DNA of 64,000 nt, from NCBI GenBank assembly GCA_051362555.1, contig CM120641.1:24062401-24126400 (forward strand), written 5' to 3'. Shown here in pieces: positions 53,814 through 64,000 of the stretch. Made by a program: the position numbers and the translations under genes. The notes beneath the pieces were generated by a model. The model was not told where the DNA came from. It saw nothing but the letters and a program-made list of their open reading frames with translations, and did no database searches. The DNA comes from Lingula anatina (taxonomy: Eukaryota; Animalia; Brachiopoda). The stretch's first letter is position 1, and each line of letters starts with the position of its first letter.

Positions 53814-54045
53814 GACCCCATTTCCATAGATTTTAGATCGATCTATCCCTGTGGGGAATCTCACTAGATTTCTGTCAGCTTAGCCGGCTTAAGCGTCTGT
53901 CCCGCCTACTGAAAGCTGTAAGGGGGTAAGGGGTAATTAACTATGATGCGCGCTCGGCTGACTGCAATTTAACGTGAACTCCCAGGGAGTTAGGTCGATC
54001 TAAATCTTAATCTCTGGATCGATCTAAATCTCTGGGAATACACCC
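53814..54045. mobile_element. Palindromic Harbinger-like MITE, family B
   Basis: TAA on both flanks. AGATTTTAGATCGATCT pairs with GATCGATCTAAATCT, and GGGGGTAA/TAATTA lies at the centre. Confidence 0.6.
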
Positions 54046-54368
54046 TAAAACTAACAGTTTGAATGAGTAGCTGTAGATAAATTTTGCCAGAGCCTGACGA
54101 TTTCATAGGGGAATTAGTTTTCTATCTGAAAAATGTGGACCTTTTTATGACCCAAGTCGATAAATGGAACAATCTAGTTCAAATATGGATTAACATCGGG
54201 CCTTTTCCGACCAAAACAGCGGTGTTTTCGAATCCTCTAACCCCCAGGATACGGGTCTGTACGTAGCTGTGTTACTGAGGCAACATTACAGTAGGTTTAA
54301 CTTGTAGGTGGGCAGTTCCTCAAGTCGAACTCTACCTTCGGCATATTTAACTGTTATAGTGAGTGTAA

Positions 54369-54543
54369 GGCCCCATTCAGAATAGGGGACTAACTAGTCT
54401 GAGGGTCAAATAAGGCGACCCACAACAAATCTTGCCGTCTAATCTGCTAATAGACACTGAATAGATATCCTGAGGGGAAGTTTTCAAGTGGGTCGGCCAT
54501 GTTTGGCTCTTGGACTAGTTAGTCCCCTGTTCTGAATGGGGCC
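54369..54543. mobile_element. Palindromic Harbinger MITE, family C
   Basis: TAA|GGCCCCATTCAGAATAGGGGACTAACTAGTC ... GACTAGTTAGTCCCCTGTTCTGAATGGGGCC|TAA. Confidence 0.82.
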
Positions 54544-56508
54544 TAAGTCCGCCTATTGGGCAAGAACAAGCAATAGTTGACTGAGTGGTTTCTTCTTAGT
54601 TTTTATTTATTTCAATCAAACACACAGCCCATTTATCATTTATTAAAGACTGAGGTGACGCCCAGGAGCTAATTAAATAAGAGCATCTCGGTCACATTTA
54701 GTTGGCCTATAGGCCTACGTTAAGAATACTGTACAGCATTGAGTATTAATGACCACCATATTTTCAGCAGTGTATCAAACACAGTATATTTAGCTGTATA
54801 TTTAACCAAGTTAAGTCAATATTTCATCAAAAAATAAGACAAAAGTGAGTCAAGATGATACAAAACAAATATATCTTCAGGTAAAACATTTGTAATCCCA
54901 CATTTGAGTTAAAAAGTTGAAATCATTACAAATTGTCTGTTTTGAAAGCACAATTTAATAATCATTAATAAAATGTAACTATGTATATTTTTGGCATTTT
55001 CACAAACAATAAAATGCGCGTACATGTATTTTTTCAGTTTAATATGTACAAATGTAGTTCAGATGACAGAAGAAATACTAAAAATGAAATAAATTGATAA
55101 ATAAATACTGTGATAAAACCGGGCGAAGGGCCAAACGTGAAGGTGTGACTGTGATATCCCTTCTTCTTCTAAACTAGGGTAGTCTTTCATAAACACTACT
55201 AGGATAACCTTTCATAAATTTAATGTTTTGTATATGGGTTTAAATCTTTCAAAGCCATAAATCATGTCTTTTTATGGAAGCGTCAACATTGTATCCTGCA
55301 GTCACAGTGTAGATGGACTTTGATGCAGCTCCACCCAATAACAATACATTTGATCTAGAAATTGATTTGGGTCAGTTACTCTGTTTTTCGCCTAGACAAA
55401 TAAAGAAGAAATAAAACAGTTAAACACTGGCACCTGCAGCTATTTCACACGCCCAAACACTTTTCTTTGAATGAAGGATGCTGCTGGCAAATTGAGGTCT
55501 ATGTTGTATCTTACATATGTGTCTTATCCATGGGACAAACAGAACGCGGACAATGGAGGGTGTCACTTCTGTTATAGAAAAAATTACAATTGCACATTGC
55601 TCAGTAACAACAGAATAATTTAAAGTTATATTGTATTCTTTTCGTAGACTGCCATTAGCTAAAATTGTGCCTTATGGCTAAGGGTTGGTCGTGACAGGTC
55701 ACGGCTTTGCCAAGATCGCTTGTGGTAAACCATTTTTTGAGAGAAGAATTCTTGCACCACCTTAAGCACATTATAACGCTATACCAACTTAGTTAAAATT
55801 AATGAAATTCCCTCACGTCAACATTTAATACATGTCGAAAGCCCTTATTGACCTACATATAAAATCAACACACATCTTCAACTATCATATTTCATACACG
55901 TTATTTTTATATAGCTCTGTTTTTGAAGAAGTGTGCGTAAAGGTATTTCCATATATTGATACTCAAATCCCACGAAATTACATTACGGATCGCAAAAAGT
56001 GCCCCCCCCCCTAATTTCGAAACAGAGCAAAATATGATTATATTTGAAATAAAACAGCGAAGATCTCTATGGCACGAATTGTGATCGTGTTTAATTATGA
56101 TATTTTCAATGCCTTAGTGCCCCGTGTTGCTTTCACTCAATTCATTCATTAATTCAATAACTGCACCCAAAAGTGTTTTCTTTTTTGTCAATTTTTGGAA
56201 ATTATGATCCGACAAATGAAGTAAAAACATGGTACACTAGTACGAGTTTTTTTATAGAAGCATTTCGCCTCTTGTTCTTAAAAAAAAGAAAGAAAGAAAA
56301 AAAACATGACCTATATTTTTATTGCATTATTCTTACGATAACTGATTTATGAACATTTCGCGAAATTTTAATGTCAATCCAGAAGTTAAAGAAAAGATTG
56401 ACGTGAATTATTACAACAACAACAACAACAAAAAGCTGTTGCTTAAAATCAAAACAGGTTGACAATAAGTCGATGTTTCAAAACTGATCAGCACTGTTTC
56501 TTTTTCAG

Positions 56509-56775
56509 GGAAGTGTCCTAAACTGAACAATTTCACTCAGAACCCTATCATTGTCACACTATCAAATCAGTATGAACTTAGGCTGGACAATTATGAGAGG
56601 ACACGGCAGACGAAGGTCGGGGTGAGCTGCGTAGACGGGATATACCTGCACGGCCCGAGTCAGGTGACATGTCAGAATAACCTGCAGTGGGATGGGACCC
56701 CCTCTTGTCGAGGTAACCCCTGCGCGTGCTTGCTTGTGCGCTTTCAGGAGTGCCTGAATGTAAAAATTTCAGGAA

Positions 56776-56811
<36 letters not shown>

Positions 56812-59021
56812 AGAGAGAAAGAATGAAGTGGCTTTTAATTGACATGTCATAGTTTTTTTGTGGATGAACACCTGAATGTTTAATACTTAAATTTAAATAG
56901 TAGCCTACCGAAATGAAATGTATTGTATTGTATGAATTTGACGTTTAATCTTTTCTCAATCAAATCTAACTTTGCTCATTCATTATGCATACATGCATTG
57001 ATATTAAGTCTGGACTTTGAATCATATCTACACTTTTCTATTTGTCGTCCTCAGCTACCCCAATTCCCGTAGACCCCGGTCTGACTCAGGAGCAGTTAAT
57101 CATCATAGGTGTCTCCGTGGGCGTGGGGGTCATACTGTTGGTACTGATGATAGTCCTGATTGTTTGTTTTAAAAGGAAAGAAAAGCAAACAACAAGGTAC
57201 TTTTTCAGTCCAGTTATAATTGACATTGTAGAAATATACCATATAATATAAGGTACACGTATTAATATTAATATAGTATTAATATTGAATAACTGAGCTG
57301 CACTCGGTAATGGGGTAGGGAGGGGGCATTGATGTTATAAATGTTATAGTTGTGGAACAATGGCAGCTGATCACTGCATTGTTTGTAAGATCGCGTTCAG
57401 ATTCAAAAATCTACAAGCTGAATCGATCCAACTCTGCTGGAGATTCTCGCTAAAATGCATTCAGTGTAATCAGCTTTATTGACACGCCTCCCTGAGTAAC
57501 TGGATTTATTAGTTAATTACCCCCCTAGCATCTCGAGGAGGGGTGTTGGGCATTTAAGCCGATTATAGTGATGGCACTTATAGAGAACCTCCCGCAGAGT
57601 TGGATCGATCCAGCTTGTACGATGGGTTTATCTGAACGCTCCCTGTGTAACCAACAGTTAATAGGAAAAAGGAAGATGGCCATAATTTCAAACCAAAGAA
57701 ACGGAGTACTAACTTACATCTAGGACTCACCGAATTAGCTTACATGTAGCAAACAATACTATGTACAGAGTAAAAGAAGCTCTAGGTTTTTAATAGGTCA
57801 GTTTGTGTTTTTCGTTTTAACAAGATTACAGGGCCTACATATGATGGAACGCAACTGTTGGAATTCGAAAAAATATCCGTATAACAGTAGAATAAATGAA
57901 ACGCTATTGATACATGTATAAGGCTTGAGTTACGTAAAGATAAATACGAAAAAGTCATGATTCAGTATAGTAAGGAAATTGCTCATGCTACTTATAAACC
58001 AAATGAAGTCATGCGGTAGCAGTAAGCACTTCATTTACATTGCTCTTGTAAATAATTGACACGTGACGCATAAATGACGCTTGGGCGTTTCCTTTTACAT
58101 CGTAGATGAATTATATATGTACTAGAAATAGCTGCAAAGAAATTAGTCTCAGCGTCACCACGAAATGAGCATTAATGATCTCGTATGACGCTAAATTAAG
58201 ATGACAAACATTATGAAACGAAACACTCCTTTTACTTATTTCTGTCGATTTTTAGTTATTTCTGACGACATTTTTAAATGACATTATCACGTTCTATTCA
58301 CAGGTACAGGGATTCTGCAGAAGATGAGGATGAGAATGTAGGATGGTGGGTATCATGTCTGGTGCTCTCTTTAAAATAGAGGCTTTATAGAGGCTTCAAT
58401 AAATATGAGAAATATAAATACACGTATGAATAATGAATGAGCAAACGAACAAACAGATAATAATAATAATGAATTATCTTTATTATTGGCGTCACCTAAT
58501 ATTAAAATGATGGACCTACCTTTTATACTGTGACATGTTCACTTGTTTTCAACAAATTGTAAGGTAATTAAATTTTGAATTTCACCAATAATACAATTCA
58601 AGCTCCCGTGGAAAGATAGATTAAAATAAATTCCTCGGGTTCTTTCTGCAGGCCATATACACACACATGGGTCAGTCGGACATCAGGTCTCTCCCCTAGA
58701 TCAGATCCCTACCCAAACTCCATTCCCATGGCAACCAAGCCCTACCCTTGGCGGGAGCCTCCCCCCACCTACTTCAACAACAAGGGGTTTTCTTCCGTAG
58801 AAGATGACGCCCCTTCTTACCCAGGGGTGCACAACTTTGAGCGCTACGACTCCAGTCGACGCAACCCAAGTTCAGAATACCGAGGTGGCTACAGCACTTA
58901 CCCACCTCGCCCGACAGACGCCAGCATTCATCGCAAAGTTACAGAAAACGAATGGGAGGAGCTTGAAGACTTTTACGGCGCTAATTTTTCCGAAAGTGCG
59001 TCTCGTCGCACCCCCAGGTAA
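56509..59021 (+). CDS. Single-Sushi transmembrane protein (SUSD3/SUSD6-like architecture); exons 56509-56712, 57055-57196, 58304-58345, 58652-59021; first coding exon uncertain (candidate 53296-53308)
   Basis: Phase 1-1 CCP exon (KCPKL...VSCVDGIYLHGPSQVTCQNNLQWDGTPSC), TM exon (LIIIGVSVGVGVILLVLMIVLIVCF-KRK), an acidic mini-exon, and a Pro/Tyr-rich tail containing PPPTY. All junctions are GT-AG and in phase. Confidence 0.8.
57389..57643. mobile_element. Palindromic Harbinger-like MITE, family D, in an intron
   Basis: GCGTTCAGAT..TACAAGCTGAATCGATCCAACTCTGC pairs with GCAGAGTTGGATCGATCCAGCTTGTA..ATCTGAACGC. Central TAATTACCCCCC. Confidence 0.7.
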
Positions 59022-60370
59022 TTTAAACTAGCGTTTCACAAAAGATATTGAGTACTAAATTATGTTCCACAGAAAACGCCGTGAAGTATGAATTTATAAT
59101 TTTTGAGTTATTAAAATCTCGAGTCACCTGGCGCATTTAGATCTGATACGTTGTGAACATCACAGAAACTTTGAAGAACGTTAGAGTTTTGCCTAACTTA
59201 TTTTAATGACAACCGATTACCAAGGAGACAAATATATATTAGCAACACGTCAAATTAGTGAAGCCCATTACTAATTTTTTGTAGCCGTAGTATGCATGAA
59301 TACATCCCTTGGCAGCTGCAGTTTGACCATTTCAACAGAACGTAAGTAATCTTTGCAGATCTACAATCAACAACAGAAAGAGGTAGTTAAGCGTTGGTCA
59401 GACTTTTATCAAGGTTTGCCTTGATGACCCCCCCCCCCCCCCCCCCCGATCCAGATGGGTCTCAAATGTGAGTGATATTTAACGCGCTTTATTATGACAA
59501 TGGTCCCCCGCCTTTCACACAAAAATTACTTAATTGGTTAGATTAATCGTCTTGTTATAATAATTTTTTACAAAGAACAGGCAAATTTATCTTCAGTTCT
59601 ACACGTTCACTTTTTCACACATTTTAATTGCTTTTACTCTGCAGTGATAACCACTGGATTCCAAGACCGAAGACATCACCGCGTCCCAATAGGTGTGTGC
59701 ACTTGTTCTAACATGAAAGTTGTAGGACTTGGCAGTTTTAAGTGTTTAACATGTTGAAAATAGAGACGTAAATGGGGGCAAAAAACTGTGATATAAGGAA
59801 CACACCAAGATCTTCTATTTTATGTATAATTTTACAAATCATCAAATGTATCTCTATATCTATTTTAGGTATTTTTGATATGCTGCATCATACATAATTT
59901 CCGTGGTTTGTGACGTCATGGCAGTCGTGACAGTGTAGGCGATATAGCCCGAAAGATGTTGATTACCTGAAAACCAACGCAATGATGATAAATATAGAAA
60001 TATACATGCCTACTGGTGTCTTCAATATGTATCATAGAGCAGCACAGCAGATATCGACCGAATTAAGGTTGAAACTGTGCCCATCAGAATGAGATAAACG
60101 CAATTTCGTTAGATGATTTTTGTTATAGATTTTGGAGTTTGTACTTGTTTTGTTAAATCCACTTATTATTATTGATATTTTAAAATAGCACTTCACATTA
60201 TACCATTGGTCGCCAGGTTCCTTATGTACATTGATATGGCGCAACAAAATAATTATCCCTACCATGTTCAAGTACATTGATAGAGTTATGCCATAAAAAT
60301 CCACTGGTGCCATGTGTAATATGTTATCTTGTTTGAACGATTTGTCTATGTATATCGTAGATGCTGCATA

Positions 60371-60536
60371 CCCTCTACCAGGGCGACAGATAGATTTTTT
60401 ACAGATATTCACAAATATGTCTCTAGATAGATAGATAGATGGTCATTTTGGTGACTTAGAACCAAATGACCATTTATCTATCTAGAGACATATATGTGAA
60501 TATCTGTAAAAATCTATCAGTCGGTCTGGTAGAGGG
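60371..60536. mobile_element. 166-bp hairpin MITE with CCC...GGG termini and TA flanks
   Basis: TA|CCCTCTACCAG ... CTGGTAGAGGG|TA. The arms pair to a loop of about 10 nt and include a short GATA repeat. Confidence 0.75.
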
Positions 60537-61136
60537 TAGATGCCGAATACAATGTTGAGTGTTTGATGGAAATTGCCAAAAAAAAAAAAAATATTCCCTG
60601 CATTTTTGTTACATGTATAGCACATACCTACATGTATTTCCATTTTGTCTTTAATAAAAGATCATAATTCAGATATATAATGGATGCATTTTAGTATATA
60701 ACAGCAATCGAGTGACATGTATCAGGAACTGGCCATGGGACAGGAAGAAAACGGCCTCGCTTATGCCCATTCGGCACGCGATAAGTTCGGCTGATGTTTG
60801 GTATTCCTCCTTATTACGCCTACCCTGTTTTGAAAATTCTTAAACCTTCCATGAGAATGTTGCTTATTTCTATCAACGTCGCAGTGTCAGAAAAGGGATT
60901 TAATTTGGTTAACCCGCTTATCATTCATACAATTAGAACGGAAACCTGTAAATCGGATTACCTGTAAATATCACCGGGAATTTATATAACTGGTAAGATG
61001 TGCTGTGATACACTGGGGACATATTTCCCTATCTCCCGATTCAGACTAAAAATATCCCTTTCCCTTTTTCCTTCCGTCAGAACATGCGGTGACTTCATTC
61101 ACGACATAGTTTGTTTAGAACTTGGTTATTGAAATG

Positions 61137-61183
<47 letters not shown>

Positions 61184-61879
61184 TAATCCATGTGCAGGGA
61201 CGGGTCGAGCGATGATTCATGAGTAAGAAAAAAATACTTTTTTTCTCGACCTACAAGTACTAGATACACGTTTAAACCTGGCATAAAAATCATACCATTT
61301 TACTTTATCGAAGATTAGCCAAAGAGCGCATGGAAATATATTGACCCATCTAATTCGTCACCTTTATACTTAAAAAAAAAAAGAAACAATAACCAGCCTT
61401 TATGTGAGAAGTAGGGAAAACATTGGGAAGCTTTGGTCATGTTTTGTACACATGCACGAAGCAAAAAATTTATATCCTTATATTTATTGCAGGAATAGAT
61501 TTCATACTGTAATAACGAAAAGCAAAAATAACAAAATGTGTTCTCCAAAAGAATTGATGAACCAATAGATGTTAATTTGACAAACTTTACCGGTACTTAA
61601 GTCTGATGTAATAAAAACCCCAGAAGTTTGTGGAAATCTGTTTTAGGTCGTTTGGGTTTTGTGAAACGGAATGGTTATCAGCGACAAATAAGTAGCAGAA
61701 TAAAATACTACACCAGTATAGGCTTGGCTTCTTTTTTATTCAAAATGTTTTCATGTGCCACTCCATTTCTGAAGGATTTCTACCACACCCTCTCCCCTTC
61801 GTGATCTTCTTGGTCTCTCCAGGAATTCGAAGACACGATGATAATGAATGCGTTAGTTGAGCCTGTTTTCAAATGGAGC

Positions 61880-61989
61880 ACACTTCCGGGAGTGGATGGC
61901 ACCGCGAGATTGGGTCACAGACAGTGATTCACCGTTACAATGAAGCAGAGAACTCGAGTGACACACAGGGATGAGATAGATTGGTGAGT
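61880..61989 (+). promoter_or_regulatory. Possible promoter and first exon of a downstream gene
   Basis: ETS ACTTCCGG (~61882), a locally CpG-richer stretch and a strong donor TG|GTGAGT at 61983/61984. No recognisable downstream coding exons. Confidence 0.3.
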
Positions 61990-64000
61990 TTGGTGTTCAG
62001 TCATATAAGACCATTTGACTGGGTTTGTTCTGCTATCAACAACTCTGGAAGATATATACTGTAGAATTGCTGTCAGCTAATTGCTTCTGAAACTTGCATG
62101 TATCAGACAGAAGCCAGCAGTGGCAAAGAACAGGGCATTGGTGATTATTCTCACTAGATACACATGTGTCATTAAGCACAAACAATAATAGATAGCTAGG
62201 TAGAAAAGTAGATCCCCTTTAAACACTAGCTGTGTGTTTGCAAACTCATGTTGTTTACGCGGCATCTGTCCCCGCTAACTTCCTGCTAAGGACTGCTGCT
62301 GAACCTTCACGTTCTGGTTTGTCAAAGCCATATACATGTATAATGTATATGAAAAGATGAAGGGGCATACTCTAACCTTAGTACCTCAGTGGAACATGTG
62401 ATGATAAACGAGATGTAATTGATATTTGATAAAACAGATCAAATGTTATTCTGTAGCTTTTATACTTTAAAGAAAGAAATTCCAACCAGTAATTTTGCCC
62501 AGGAAGTATTGGGACCTGACGACGACCTGCTTCAGCATTCAGATATGTAATTTATGTATAGATATAACCATGCAGGGGAAAGGTTTGTGTGGATATTGTA
62601 ATTATTGGATCTGCAAATTAAATTCTGATAGCCATCCATACCCAGTATTCTCCTGAGGGTGATGATCTGTCTTCTGGTAGAAGGGCATGCAGTTCTCGTA
62701 AGAGGCTAAGGCAATTCTTTGCATCATATGCAGGCGCATTTACATTTGGCATAACTTACGACATGACAACTTACAGCAGCACCAGAGAGTGGACTGCAGG
62801 ATTGCAATTATTCTCTTGTAGCTGTTTGCTGTTATGGCACTGTCTCACTCAGCAGCATTTCCACACACATATCTTTGTGTAATTAAAATAACACATTGTT
62901 TTTTCCTATCTAGTTTCTGGTGCCAATGGAGGCTGGAGGCTGAAGTGAATGGATGTTAGCATATAGTGCCTTTGTGGATTCTGAATTGAGCAGTCCCGTT
63001 TTCCTTTATAAAATTAGGATTTCAGCCTATGCCACTAGCCTTTACTACATGTACTAGTGGCATAAACTACATATTTATTATATCTTGGTTTATATATTAT
63101 ATAACCTTATTGTCATAAACTATAACTTGATTATAGATAAATAACAGGTCTAGTCCATGCTAGTTGGTATTTGGTGAATTTTAAATAATATCCCCTGAGT
63201 GCAGCTTGTGAAAATACTATATATCTTCCAATATTAAAACATCTGCCAATTTTGTAGACTAAATTTATTTACTGGGTTGTAGTATTGTCTCTACCTGGTC
63301 AGTGAATCCTGTGAGTTTCTCTTTACCTCACTACAAATAGTAATTTGATTATTGCATGGCAGATGGTCAACACCATATATATCTAAACTGCTACCTTTCA
63401 TAGGGATTATCCAAAAAGCCTATTTAATCATGTGCCATAGGCATTGAAGTAATTTCTCCTATTGTGACATGACTTTCTTTGAACTAAATTGATGTGAAAA
63501 TTGGTTCCTCTTACTGAGGATCAGATATATCTATTGTTCACATAGATATTCTCTCTATACAGCTTTAAATAGGGCTTTTCATAAAATAGATTAATTTTTG
63601 GGATTGCGGTCATTGCAGATATTAGTTTTCTTTATTATGTTTTCCCTGCATTGTTTGCTTTGTGGTATTTTCCAATTCCTTTGTGTTTGTACTGACCATA
63701 ATTATGCAGTATTGATCCTACAGTAATTGAGACAATTAAAAAAATGGGAAGCTAAATGTGGATTTCTCATTTTCATGCCCTGGTTGTAAGAAAGTGGATT
63801 AAAAGATTAATTACCCCCCCCCCCCATCCCCACCCTGATGGAAAAGTTGCACAGGGAACAAGAAGTGAACGAGTACAGTTAGATAGGAGAGTACTCAGGG
63901 TAATAAAAGTTTACTTAGTGAAAGCTGAGAAGTTAAGGCTGTCATTGAAAGGACCCAACACAACAGATCAATGGGTGAATGGCGTAAGGAAGTTACGCTT

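Noticed and set aside
60032-60412. 126-aa minus-strand ORF
   Set aside because: Begins inside the hairpin MITE with a non-ATG start and shows no recognisable motif or splice support.

Overview
AT-rich, intron-containing animal genomic DNA, most likely a marine invertebrate (lophotrochozoan-like repeats; taxon not determinable from sequence alone). Reading splice sites by hand gives six protein-coding genes: a 5'-partial secreted Sushi/CCP protein (-, runs off the left edge), B4GAT1 (+, 2 coding exons), PAF1 (-, 13 exons), MED29 (+, 4 exons, head-to-head with PAF1 across 284 bp as in human), CRH-binding protein CRHBP (-, 7 exons, 10 Cys) and a single-Sushi transmembrane protein with a PPxY tail (+). 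The rest is rich in DNA-transposon derivatives: a mariner foldback with a LINE 3' fragment inserted in its TIR, a 1.67-kb Tc1 palindrome built from two transposase 3' ends, several hairpin Harbinger-type MITEs, CAG...CTG elements with 5-bp TSDs, Kolobok- and EnSpm-type MITEs and a Helentron-type element. I found no rRNA, tRNA or CRISPR array and no clearly new biological system. The most notable items are the PAF1-MED29 microsynteny, a duplicated poison splice acceptor in PAF1 and the palindromic transposon architectures. Most short ORFs in the supplied track are spurious.
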